From: Octopus sinensis
Taxonomy: Eukaryota
NCBI RefSeq assembly: GCF_006345805.1
Contig: NC_043008.1
Location: 58,342,001-58,406,000, forward strand
Length of the DNA stretch: 64,000 nucleotides
Direction of reading: 5' to 3'
Made by a program: the position numbers and the translations under genes. Of the stretch, positions 35,751 to 48,400 are shown one piece after another. Positions within the stretch are counted from its first letter, which is position 1. Each line of letters begins with the position of its first letter. The notes beneath the pieces were generated by a model. That model saw only the letters and a program-made list of their open reading frames with translations. It was not told the origin of the DNA and did not search any database.

Positions 35751-36620
35751 ATTTACTTTCATTTCTCCATGTAATAAAGAACATGTATCATTTGTTTCAA
35801 TACATTTATAAAAAGATTCTGGATTTTATTACCAACTTTTAATGCCTACTTACTTTTCACCTACCATGTATATATATATATATGCATACATGTAAACTTG
35901 TATATATGCACACACACACACACTCACACACACACACACATATATATATACATATATTTTATTTATATGTATAAGATACATACATGCACACAGATGAGTA
36001 TAATAAAATATCAAGCATTGAAGAAAATAAATATTTGCCTATTTATCATAGATCAAAACGGCCTCAATACAGTATATAGATGAAAGTAGCTTCAATACAT
36101 AGGTGAAAGCAACTATTACAAAAGAACAAAGAAATAATTTATATATTTATAATTGAAGAGCGGACATAAATGCCGTCTTAAGAAACACACTACCTTTTGC
36201 CTATGTTGTAGTATACTTGGCATAGTCCGCTCCTTCATATCATAGGTATCTTCATAACCTCTGATATAGCACACGTACTCTGAACGGCGATGTTAAGGTA
36301 GAAACGGCACAGATTTAGAAGTTTGAACTTTTGAATTAATCTGCAACAATTTACATTGTGAGGTCACCACTTGGTGTGTTGATTTTTACCTTTTAATCAT
36401 CCTGAATCGATACAACGTTTCCTACATGCGTAGTGTAACCGATGTAACGAAATTTCATATCAACTTAGTAAAGGTTCACTTATGAACATTTAACTTATGT
36501 GATAAACCTTTACAAAGTTTAGATCAGTTTTTACCTCCACTATTATTGATAACAATTGCACCTGGGAAATTATGCTCCCTCGATGTACTATTCTACATCA
36601 GCACTGCAATTATACTTTCG

Positions 36621-36765
<145 letters not shown>

Positions 36766-36936
36766 ATAAATATTAGGGAATAAATCCAAATTTACAGGAA
36801 AAAATCAGGTTTATGATTAAATCGATTTTATAGTAAAATATTATAAAATATTATTCGAGACAAAACCACTATTTTGCAAACAAACAAGGAAAGACTTAAT
36901 CAATACATAAAATTTTATAAATAGTCAAAAAAACCG

Positions 36937-36979
36937 CCACTACAATCGTTTCTTGTCTTGATCGACAATCTTCAGGTGG
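36937..36979 (-). ncRNA. Minimal type I hammerhead ribozyme (left arm)
   Basis: ccac-CTGAAGA-ttgtc gatcaa gacaa-GAAAC-gatt-GTA-gtgg. Confidence 0.85.
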
Positions 36980-37024
36980 ACTTCCAATAATTCAGTGTCA
37001 AATTTGACACTGATTATTGGAAGT

Positions 37025-37067
37025 CCACCTGAAGATTGTCGATCAAGACAAGAAACGATTGTAGTGG
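37025..37067 (+). ncRNA. Minimal type I hammerhead ribozyme (right arm)
   Basis: Stem I CCAC/GTGG, CTGAAGA at 37029-37035, stem II TTGTC/GACAA, GAAAC, GUA triplet. Predicted cleavage after 37063. Confidence 0.85.
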
Positions 37068-37199
37068 CGTTTTTTTTGACTATTTATTAAAATTTTATGT
37101 ATTGATTAAGTCTTTCCTTGTTTGTTTTGCAAAATAGTGGTTTTGTCTCGAATAATATTTTATATATATATTATATATAATATATATATATATATATAA

Positions 37200-37231
<32 letters not shown>

Positions 37232-37264
37232 CATATATACATATACACATATAAGCATATGTAA

Positions 37265-37297
<33 letters not shown>

Positions 37298-38177
37298 CAC
37301 ACATATATATATACACATATATATGCATATATAAATGTATATAATATATACATACAAATATATATTATATATATATATACATATATATATTTATATATAT
37401 ACATAAAAAAATATATATATGTATATATATACAAATATATATATCATATATACACACACACATATACATACATACATATATATATATATATATCACACAT
37501 ATAATCCATGTATAGAGCATATGTGTGTATCTATATATATTGATATTATGTATATATATATAATATATATATATATATTTATTATATATTATATATATGC
37601 ATATGTGTATATGTGTGTGCGTGTGTGCGCGTTTCTATGGCTAAATATGTATATCTGTCTATGCTACTGAATTATATAAAGACATCTGCGTGTCTACGAG
37701 TTTGTAGATATGCGCACGCGCGTGTGTATGTGTGTGTGTATGCGTATGTGTGTATATCTGTGTATGTATGTGTATATGTGTGTGTATTTGTTTGTTTGTT
37801 TATGTGTGTGTGTGTGTGTTTGTGTGTGAGTGTGGGTGTGTGTGCGTGTGTAATCACGTATTTGAAACACGATTTTTATTCTTTTCTTTTTGACAGTTCG
37901 AAATTGTAGGATAAACAATAGTTTGATAAAATCTTTGATGGCTATATGAAAATTAAGAAAAAAACACCTAAATGGGAAGGCGAAGCATATAAATAAACTG
38001 TTGGTTAGTTTGATAGATATATACACAAATAGAGAAACAGATAGCTGATAAAGTGAAAGTGAAACAAATGGAAGAGTTCAACAAAATTGAGGCGGAATAT
38101 AATAATAAAATAAGAATGTTTTAAAAGCCGAGAGAAAAATAAATTATATATTTACATATAGAAAGAAATAGATAGGA

Positions 38178-38215
<38 letters not shown>

Positions 38216-38249
38216 AAATAGAGACTTAGGGAGACAGGCAACAGACAGA

Positions 38250-38292
38250 CAAACAGATAGATAGATAGATAGATAAATAGATGGATAGAGAT

Positions 38293-38338
<46 letters not shown>

Positions 38339-38352
38339 GGATATATAGATAG
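38250..38352. repeat. (TAGA)n microsatellite
   Basis: Direct repeat. Confidence 0.95.
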
Positions 38353-38969
38353 ACAGTCAATTGTGATCTTTACAATAGAAACTAATATAAAGAAGCAGGT
38401 AGGTTAGATAAGAGAGACGTAAAAGTGGAATATAATGCGAAGGAATAAAGTTAAAGAGAAAACAATGGCAGAGAGAGATTAAATAAGAATATATATATAT
38501 ATATATATTGATGTGAGTGATGATAAAAGAAAAAGAGACAAGTTCAGGAATGGAGATGAGAAAAAACCAATATTTTGAATGCATCATCTTCAAAGTTGTG
38601 AAGCCTACAGAGATCATAAAGATTAGAGATTAAGAAAATTGCAGGGCGCTATTGAATCTTTCTCTCATAAGATCTTCGTTAGAGATTATCTGCATAACTC
38701 GTGCAGTGCAAAATGTCATTTTGCTTAAAAGATTATTGGAATAAACGTTTTTCAGCACCATTAAGCTGAAGAATTTAATCACATTTCTGTAATTCTAGCC
38801 TAAACGGTTATAGTAATCATTTGTAAATTATTTTATAAGGTTTAACTTGGCTGTTTTCTTTAGAATGTGCAATATTACTGATGTGGCAATGTATAAACTT
38901 TACGATATTAAATTGTTTGGCGGATTGATAAATAAAGCTTCAAGTGATGTTTTGATAAGAAACTTCAAC

Positions 38970-38972
<3 letters not shown>

Positions 38973-39024
<52 letters not shown>

Positions 39025-39098
39025 TATTATTATTATTATTATTATTATCATCATCATTATTATTATATTTATTTTTATTGTTATTATTATTATCATCG

Positions 39099-39189
<91 letters not shown>

Positions 39190-39263
39190 CATTATTATAA
39201 CATTATTATCATTATTATTATCATTATTATATTATTATTATTATTACTATCATTATTATTTTC

Positions 39264-39316
<53 letters not shown>

Positions 39317-39351
39317 CGTTATTATTATTATTATCATCATCATCATCATCA

Positions 39352-39409
<58 letters not shown>

Positions 39410-39428
39410 CATTATCATTGTTATTATT
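38973..39428. repeat. (ATT)n/(ATC)n microsatellite
   Basis: Direct repeat. Confidence 0.95.
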
Positions 39429-40090
39429 TTTTTGTACTTGTTTGGTTCGAAGTGGCGATCGATTCGTAGTCGTGTAAGTATAAATACATCATTATCATTG
39501 TCCCCAGGGCCGCCACTGCTACCATGACTACCATCATCCCCACTATCATCATCATCATCGTCAGAATTATCATCGTCCTCATGACCAGCTTTCACAGCAC
39601 AGCCTCGATTCGTCGTCGGCGCTCATACTTTAATATCCCTAGATATTTTTGCAACGATATATTAATTACCATGGTATCACGTTAACTAAAAAAAAACGTG
39701 AAGCATTGGAAAACAAAATGCCTTAAGATTATTCTAAACGTTTTAGGTTTTGTATATTTTACTTTTCTGCTGTGTTTTTTTGCGTACACAACGTGCTGGA
39801 GGTCTTCATTAAATTCTACTCTGACGATAAAATGAATATAACAGTTTCGGCCTCGGTTGAGTTAATTGAATATACCGCTTGCTTGTGATCGTTAGTTTTG
39901 TGAATATTAAGAAGAAGTTAATATAATTCGATAGGTATCAGTGAAGATCGGAAGTGTTTAGTAGATGTAAGCACCTGTTTGAAACAGATTCACTATAGAA
40001 GGGTGAGTGTCCCCTAAACGTTATGTAGGTCACTCTATCATTGAAAGTAGATTATCATTCATCAGTAGTATTCAGTCATTCTTTTAAACT

Positions 40091-40131
<41 letters not shown>

Positions 40132-40300
40132 TTGTGCGTGTGTGTGTGTGTATGTGTGTGCATGTGTGTGTATGTGGTGTGTGGGTGTATGTATGTGTGT
40201 GTCAGTATGTATATAGACATACATGTATATATATGCATACATATATATATTTAAATGTATGTGTATATGTATACACTCACATCATGCATGTATATATATA

Positions 40301-41513
40301 AAGAGGTTGGACAAAATAATGGAGACACCTTAAAATTTCAGACAAATTTATTTTAATATGGGGTAGGACCGCCTTTGGCAATAATTACAGCTTGAATTAT
40401 ACGAGTCGTGGACTCGTACAAAGTTTGAATTGTTTCCAAAGGAATTTTCATCCATTCTTCAGCTAAAACAGTCTCCAGCTCTTGTAGTGATGATGGCGGA
40501 GGATATCGACTCCTTACTTGATTTTCTAAAATGCACCATAAATGTTCAATAATATTGAGCTCTGGGGACTGTGGTGTCCAGATAAGATGTTCAACTTCAC
40601 TAGAATGTTCCTCGTGCCATTCAGTAACAACTTTAGCTATGTGAATTGGTCCATTATCATCCTGAAAGACTACGTTTCATTCTGGAAACAGTTTCGCAAC
40701 CATAGGATGAATTGCATCAGATAAAATGCTTAAATAGTCTTGACTATTAATTCTGCCTTGCAGGGAAACCATTGGGCCGGCGGATTTCCAAGATATAGAC
40801 CCCCACCACCACCGATCATCACAGATCCTCCTCCATGTTTAACAGTTGGAAGAAGGCAGTCTGGGTCAAAAGCTTCTTTTGGCTGTGTCTACTCGTATAC
40901 CTGGCCGGTGGTCGGAAATAAGGTAAAGTATGACTCGTCCGAGAAAATAGCATTCTTCCACTGCTCGAGGGACCAATTCTGTAGGTTTTTACTCCACTCT
41001 AAACGCATTGCAACGTTTGTTTTTGGAAGTAGTGCTTTTCTGATTGCAGCCCTCCCGTGAAATCTGGCTTAGTGCAGCTCCCGGCGGACAGTTTTTGTGG
41101 AAACTGGAATCTCGGGGTGGTCATTAAGCTCTGCAGTAATTTTGGGAGCTGTTCTTTTGTGATCCTTTCTAACAATTCGCGTTAGAGTCCGACGGTCCCT
41201 AAATGAAAGTTTTGGTTTTCTTCTGGAGTTTTGTTTCGACGAGGAGGTTTTTCCCTCTTCCTCAAAGGATGTCATTACTTTCGAGACAATACTTCTTGAT
41301 ACACCAAACATTTCAGCTGTTTTCGTTATGAATTTAAATTACTCTTTTCTGATGATATCTGAAAAGAAACAGTAACGTTAGAAAAACATATTAAGCAACA
41401 CTAATAATAAATTAAAAGAACATAAAAATAAACAAGCTTTTGACAGTTTTATAGATATTTCAAAATTATGATGCTATGGTGCTAGGTGTTTCCATTATTT
41501 TGTCCTACTACTG
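40301..41513 (-). mobile_element. Near full-length decayed Tc1-like DNA transposon (DD34E type)
   Basis: TIRs (a)agaggttggacaaaataatggagacacc and ggtgtttccattattttgtcctactactg with TA flanks. Transposase motifs VSTKTVRRELH, FSDES, TVKHGGGSVM, QDDN and PELNIIEHLW are spread over frameshifts. Confidence 0.93.
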
Positions 41514-41520
41514 TATATGT

Positions 41521-41552
<32 letters not shown>

Positions 41553-41553
41553 G

Positions 41554-41584
<31 letters not shown>

Positions 41585-41794
41585 CACATAGATGCATACA
41601 TACATACAAACATACGTACATACATACATGCACACACACATATGTATGAATGTGTGTGTGCGTGTGTGTATGCATATCTATGTGTTACATTCTCTTGCAT
41701 ATGTAGGCAGCTGTTCTCTTTCTCTGAATTATGTAGGACTGTATCTATGACAGAAAACAATATTATTATTATTATCCCTATTTTGTCGTAAAGA

Positions 41795-41992
41795 CGGACA
41801 AAATGTATAGCGGAATTTCAATCTGTCTTTACGACCTGAGTTGAAATTCCGCCGAGGTCGCCATTGGCATTCCTCCATTCAGGATGTGTAAAAGAAGGAC
41901 CAACCGAACACTGGGTCGATGTAACCGTCTCACCACACTTGGCTATGATGCTTCCCCTCCTCATCCTTCGTCCTGGTGGCAAATAACTGAAA

Positions 41993-42049
<57 letters not shown>

Positions 42050-42232
42050 GTAGTAGTAGTAGTAGTAGTCGTAATGGTGGTGGTAGATACGTTCTGAGTT
42101 CAAATTCCGCCGAGGTCGCTCTTGCCTTTCATCCTTTCGGGGTCGATGAAATAATTACCAGTTGAATACTGGGGCTGATGTAATCGACTAGTCCCCTCCG
42201 CCAAAATTTCAGGCCGTGTACCTATAGTAGAA

Positions 42233-42236
<4 letters not shown>
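41795..42236 (+). mobile_element. Two SINE family A fragments separated by (ATT)n
   Basis: gaaattccgccgaggtcg at about 41843 and ttcaaattccgccgaggtcgctcttgcctttcatcc at about 42099. Confidence 0.75.
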
Positions 42237-42269
<33 letters not shown>

Positions 42270-42334
42270 TATTATTATTATTATCATTATCATTATTATC
42301 ATCATTATTATTATTATTATCATTATTATTATCA

Positions 42335-42388
<54 letters not shown>

Positions 42389-42425
42389 CATTATTATTAT
42401 CATTATTATTATTGTTATTATTATT

Positions 42426-42460
<35 letters not shown>

Positions 42461-42530
42461 TACTATTATCATTATCATTATTATTATTATTAGCAGTAGT
42501 AGAAGTAGTAGTAATAGTAGTAGTATTGAC
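42232..42530. repeat. (ATT)n/(ATC)n microsatellite
   Basis: Direct repeat continuing from the SINE tail. Confidence 0.95.
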
Positions 42531-43505
42531 ATCATCATCAGCGAAGTAGTATCATCAGAGTACTCATCATCAATAGGAACAAAGGGCTGTTAGAATCATT
42601 AGATCACCGTAAAAAACATGCTTGGAGTACTATTTCCGACACATTACCTTTTGATTTCAAATGCGATGAAAGTCAGTTATGACATTCATCCCTCCGAGGT
42701 CAATACAAAAGATCCAATCAAAAACTGTAATCAATTTAATCAACAAAACTCCTTTCAAATTGTTGGCCTTGTGTCAGAATTTCTGTCGCAAAAGTATTAT
42801 TCGTCATCCAGTTTAATACTATCAACTTGCCCTTAGGTGATTTATTAATTTTTTTTTTGTGGAGGGGACTCTACTTTACAGCAAGCAGTAGACCTACGGA
42901 CCCTTTCCTCCTTCTCTCACACTAATTTCCCCCTTCTTACTTCCTCCTTCTCTCACACTAGTTTCCTCCTTATTACTTCCTCCTTATTTCACACAAGTTT
43001 CCGAGTGTATGTCATAATACAAGCGCGAACAAGTTGAATGGTATTTTAAAGGTAGTGTATAAATGCTTGATAATTTTTGCGTTCAGTGTTGGTGTTGCTA
43101 TAGCTTCTAAGGCTAATCTAGCTAATCTAGCTTTTGGGAAATTTCTATATAATTTTGTGATATTAATTATTGTTTTCTTTTCTTAGTTATTCTTTATGCT
43201 GTATAATACATTCATTGCAATAGCTCTTTGTTGTAAATGCATCGAAGGCCGGCGGGAATCTGTAGATCCAGTGTAACAGCTACAGTTATGAGGTTTACAC
43301 ATTTTCTACTAGAATAACATTAGTTGATGTTTTGTAAAGTAAAATGGAATAGTTGTTATTTTTTAGATGTTTGCAACACTAATTATCATTTGCTGATTCA
43401 AATGTTTTAATTGAAAATCTGTTGTTTTTCCGGAATTTTTAATGAATTTACTGTTATCAGTTTATCGATTCTTAATGTTTGAAATAAAATATTCGTCTTC
43501 AATAA

Positions 43506-43572
43506 AACCTACCTACCTACCTACCTACCTACCTACCTACCTACCTACCTACCTGCCTACCTGCCTACCTAC
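43506..43572. repeat. (CCTA)n microsatellite
   Basis: Direct repeat. Confidence 0.95.
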
Positions 43573-44977
43573 ACCCCCCACACACACATATACATTGTGT
43601 GGGTATATGTGTTTAATGATAAAGCGGTATAGAAAGATGGCAAAATTTTATAGGTGAATCGAGCAACAAAACAATGGAAGACTCTAACACACTCAATTAT
43701 CGACCAAAATCACTACAATTTCGACACTTTGTTGACGCATAGAGAAACTGGTGCGATAGACGAAAGGTGGTAAAAATGTAAATTAAGACAAAAATGGTAA
43801 CAAAATACAAGATCTGTTGACTGAACGGTAAATAAAATGAATAGTAGAGAGAAGAGTGAATGTGAATAAATGTATATAGGTATACATAAAATGTCTTTTG
43901 ACCTGGTAACAAAGTGAAGACAGCTGTTGTGTAATGAGAACAAATAAAACAATAGGCAAACTCAGAGATGGAAATGAGTGACTGACCAGCTCGATGGCAA
44001 TATCCCATAAAGAATGAGTAGCTTGGGAATATCATGAAGAGGGTGTTATAATGCCTTGTGGGAAATAAGAAAAGGAAAATATATGCGTGATTTGAGAGAA
44101 AGCCAGCGATAAATTGAAAGAGAGTGGGTGAAGTCTCTTAGAGAAAAAAAATTGAAACAGGTTAGGACAGGAGAACCGAAGAGGGATAATAGAAAGAGTG
44201 ATAAATAATAGATACAAAAATTGAAGAACGTGTTGAGAATACAACGAAAAGATAAATGGGTGCAAACGATGAAGAACAGGTAGGTAAATAGAGTAAAAAG
44301 GTATTTAGATTGAAAGAAAGATGGATTAAGAATCTGTCCATAAAACAAAAGAACCATTAGTGACTGGGAAAATCATGTGCGCCTGGCGTTACTAAGATTT
44401 ATAATGAAAAATGTATCACTGAATAACAACTAAGAATTTAAAGTGAAAATGGGACAGAATCTCACACTCACGCAACTGACACTGGCTGGAATAATGTTTT
44501 GTACAAACAAGGTGCAATTCTGGAAGTGTTGAAAGCGGGGGCAAGAAACGGGTCATTATAATGAATTTTTATGAAGTCAAGCACCGTATGTCAGATCGGA
44601 TAGGGTGTGTAAGTTCAGCTAAAACAAATCCAGGCTTAGACCTACGTTTACAGCACATAGTTGAAAGTATTATTTTGAAGGATGGTGAAGTATCGTAGGG
44701 ATGCAGATTAGATTGTTTGTATCAATGTGGGCATCTGTCAATCTTCGTGGGTATTTGAGTATGTGTAGTGAGCGCATTTACAGGGATGGGTATAATTCGT
44801 CGATTTATCCAACCATTTTTTTCTGTAACTAATATTTTAACCGATCAAAGGCAATAGATGGAAAGACTCATTACAACGTCGGTCAGCAAGCCCTGTAGCA
44901 TTCAGCAAATATTTCAATCTGATCGAAGTCGGCATTTCCTTTTATTTTCAGAGGGTTTTAAATTAATACTAATTAAA

Positions 44978-45384
44978 GGCGCAAGAGTGGCTGTGTGGTA
45001 AGAAGCTTGCTTACCAAACACATGTTTCCGGGTTCAGTCCCACTGCGTAGCACATTGGGCAAGTGTCTTCTACTATAGCCTCGGGCTGACCAAAGCCTTG
45101 TGAGTGGATTTGGTAGATGGAAACTGAAAGAAGCCCGTTGTATATATATATATATATGTATATATATGTGTGTGTGTGTTTGTGTGTCTGTGTTTGTTCC
45201 CCCAACATCGCTTGACAACCGACGCTGGTATGTTTACGTACTCGTAACTTAGTGGTTCGGCAATAGAGACCGATAGAATAAGTACTAAGCTTACAAAGAA
45301 TAAGTCCTGGGGTCGATTTGCTCGACTAAAGGCGGTGCTCCAGCACGGTCGCAGTCAAATAACTGAAACAAGTAAAAGAGTAAA
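44978..45384 (+). mobile_element. Full-length SINE family B
   Basis: ggcgcaagagtggctgtgtggtaagaagc head, gggttcagtcc B-box-like motif, internal (TA)/(TG) tract, gaaacaagtaaaagagtaaag tail. Confidence 0.95.
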
Positions 45385-45634
45385 GTACGTTTAGTAATTC
45401 TTTAATTTTAATGACTATATTTATCCCCCAACCATCTACATTAGGCGTTGTGAAGGTATTAAAAACAAATATATAATTTAATTTAAACCAGAGAGGATGA
45501 TGGACTGGTAGAATGGAACATTAGACAAAATGTCTTGCGCTGTTAGTTGGCTTCGATCGGCTTGTCATTCGGCCTTTCTCTACTTATAATACAGTACCAG
45601 TCATGTACTGAGGTCGATATAATCTATTGTTATA

Positions 45635-45746
45635 TGAGGGGTGTATGAAAAGTCTTGAGCCTCAAAAAAAAAACAAAAAATCATGGTACAAGACTTCTGA
45701 TGAAGGTACAAGACTTCAAGACTCAAAACTTTTCATACATCCCTCG
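45635..45746. mobile_element. Tc1/mariner-type MITE (112 bp)
   Basis: TIRs tgaggggtgtatgaaaagtcttgag and ctcaaaacttttcatacatccctcg with TA flanks. Confidence 0.85.
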
Positions 45747-45747
45747 T

Positions 45748-45958
45748 ATATTGGTTTCAAATTTTGGCAAAAAGCCAACGATTTTGGGGATAAGTCGATT
45801 ACATCGACCCAGTGCTCGGCTGGTACATATTTTATCGACCTTGAAAGATGAAAGGCAAAGTCGACCTCGGCGGAAGTTGAACTCAGAATGTAGCGGCAGA
45901 CGAAATGCCGCTAAGTATTTTGCCCGGCGTGCTAACGATTCTACCAGCTCACCGCCTT
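45748..45958 (-). mobile_element. SINE family A with 16-bp TSD enclosing the MITE
   Basis: taatctattgttatat at 45620-45635 and 45958-45973. Confidence 0.9.
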
Positions 45959-47445
45959 AATCTATTGTTATATATTGTGTGATTAAATAAGTGACTGTCT
46001 TTTGTTCTACAGCGGCTGACATAATGAACACTTAGAAACGAAGAAGGATATAAAAATACCTAAGTCACCTTACAGAAAGCTTGTAATAAATGTTCCATGT
46101 TTTTATGTGCTAAATTTAGTTTCATTTCAATCATTTGTTTAATCCAGACAGGCACACATTCGCGAGCGCACACACACACATACATACATATGCACACACA
46201 TTGTATCCCAGTATATATGCGTAGTCTGGTGTCGTATTTAGAAATGAATATTTTATTCAGATAAAAAAACTAAACTTGAATAATAATTCAAACGACACCA
46301 AGAGAAGTTAGTGAATTTCAGTAATTCTCTCTGTATATTATATTCGCACGTTTTCTCTTTACAGAAGAGAATAAATAGAAGTACGAAGAAAAATTATCTC
46401 AGTTTCTCTCTTCAAGACTTAAATTTATTATTTAATGAATCTTAAGAATTTAGGTAGATGTTGAAAGATTATGAAGAGAAAAATAAAACAACTGTGATCT
46501 ATGCAAGCTATTAAAAGTAATTTAACGATTTGACACTAATAGCTCTACGTTATACTATATCGTATGTCGTATTGAATAAACCGAAATAAATTAAAAACGA
46601 AAAGAAAAACCAGTTACAAGAAAATCCGTAGGAAAATGATGTTCCATAAGAACGACAATAAAAGGAAATCCATGAGACATGGAAATGAACATATAAATCT
46701 AATGGAAAAAATATTTCGAGAGATTATTAACGATAAAGAGAAAAACAACTATATAGAAATAAAAGGCCGAAATAGACAAAAAAATATGAGGTGGGGGAAA
46801 GGGGAATTTTGCCTTAAGCAATATTCAGTTGAATAGATTCTTAAATATATTTGTTGACGAGAAGTTATAATAGAAAAGGAAAGAAAAACTGCTTTAGAGG
46901 CGCGTAGGTTGAAAATGGAATGCATTGAAAAGCTGGAATGTAATTATTATTAAGTATAACATCGTGTGTGTAAGTAGAATGGAAATAGTTTGGAAGGAAG
47001 TCTTTTATAACTTCCAGAAATCTTGGAAAACGTCAACAAACAACAACAATAATGTGTGACAAAAATAATGTCAGAGGAAGGCAACGTCGCATTTTTGTTT
47101 ATTAGCTAAGTGGGCAAGAATTTGAATGAAAGAACACGATATGCAAACACGCAGTATCAAATTGGCAAAATCTGGCTAAAATTTACGCACGCACGCATGC
47201 ACATACACACACACGCGCGCGCGCAGAAACACACAGACATACACACACATACAAACACGCACGCACACATACATACACATAAACACGCACACACAATCAC
47301 ACACGCACTCACACATACTCGAACAAACACACACACACAAACACGCACGCATACGCACACATGTGCACACATTCATATATTCTCACACACACTCACTCAA
47401 GTAAGTCAGTCTATATATATATATATATATATATCTACCTATATA

Positions 47446-47489
<44 letters not shown>

Positions 47490-47492
<3 letters not shown>

Positions 47493-47866
47493 TGTTTCAG
47501 TCATTAGGCTCCGACCATGCTGGGGCACCGCCTTGAAGAATGTTAGAATCGACCCTAGTATTTAAGAAGTGAATCTAGCCCAGTATTTAAGTTTTATAAA
47601 CCCTTTAGACGAGACGCTAAGTTAAGGAGACGTGACCACACCAACACCGGTTGTGTGTGCTTATGGGCAACAAAGAGGCAAACATACATACACATATTTA
47701 TATATACGACGGGCCTCTTTCAGTTTATGAGTGCCAAATCTACTCACATGACTGGGGTCAGCCCGAAACTTTAGTAGAAGACACTGCTCAAGGTGCTCCG
47801 CTGTGGAACTGAACCCGGAACCATATGGTTGAATGACAAACTTCTTATCCCACAGCCACGTCTGCG
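47490..47866 (-). mobile_element. SINE family B (diverged)
   Basis: Reverse-complement head (gaacccggaaccatatggttg...cacagccac) and tail. Confidence 0.8.
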
Positions 47867-47901
<35 letters not shown>

Positions 47902-47929
47902 ATATATATATAATATATATGTTCTATTA

Positions 47930-48030
47930 TATTTTAACCTGATGAGCGACTATATTTATATGCAAGTGATTTCTCTACTACTATAATCATTTCTTAAATA
48001 TAGCAGCGAAACACATATTATATACATTAC
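47930..48030 (+). ncRNA. Hammerhead-like motif with long stem II, degenerate 3' side
   Basis: CTGATGA at 47939-47945; 62-nt hairpin (gc..ctatattta/taaatatag..gc; aagtgatt/aatcattt); GAAAC at 48008-48012. No clear 3' strand of stem I. Lies in a (TA)n-flanked AT-rich block. Confidence 0.5.
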
Positions 48031-48161
48031 ATTATTCTTGTAATTTACTTAATCTTTACTTTTTAATTGTTATTTTAATTTTAACTTTTCTATTATATGT
48101 AATTTTCTAGATGGTGTAATTTAATTATTCCTTTTGAATTGATAAAAGGTGTTTTTTTTTC

Positions 48162-48194
<33 letters not shown>

Positions 48195-48211
48195 CTATAT
48201 ATATATACAGG

Positions 48212-48400
48212 GGTGGGGTGAATTCACAAAAAAAAGACGAAGACAGGTGGTGTAGACACCAAACAGATGTATTAGTATAACGCTCGGGAAGTGAAAAGTC
48301 TTTAACGTTTCGAGCCTACGCTCTTCCACAGAAAGGAACACAGAAAGAAACAAGGAGAGAAAATACAGTAAGTGTAGTGGCTAGCGATCTATCATGGCGA
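48212..48400 (-). mobile_element. Dispersed repeat, probable Penelope-like terminal fragment, with hammerhead-like variant
   Basis: Homologous to 62937-63130 and abuts (TA)n. Minus strand reads CTGTGGAA-gagc gtag gctc-GAAAC-GTT. Confidence 0.6.

Larger units (their letters stand above)
36775..37164. mobile_element. (TA)n-flanked fold-back element with ~160-bp spacer-less palindrome
   Basis: Centre caaa|tttg at 37002/37003. Arms 36842-37002 and 37003-37164 differ by about four 1-bp indels. Confidence 0.9.

Noticed and set aside
39453-39473. Possible 21-nt micro-exon ending in gtaagt
   Set aside because: Weak AAG acceptor inside a microsatellite flank; such matches are expected by chance.
39227-39595. 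Acidic, Gly-rich ORF start (EDDDNSDDDDDDSGDDGSHG)
   Set aside because: It is the diverged edge of the (ATC)/(ATT) microsatellite and runs into poly-Ile.
39935-40002. Possible 68-nt exon (tag|...agg|gtgagt; ISEDRKCLVDVSTCLKQIHYRR)
   Set aside because: The donor is good, but there is no polypyrimidine tract, no recognisable protein and no partner exons.
43650-44350. Purine-rich strand-biased block resembling a LINE ORF2 remnant
   Set aside because: No diagnostic RT or endonuclease motif could be read in any frame.
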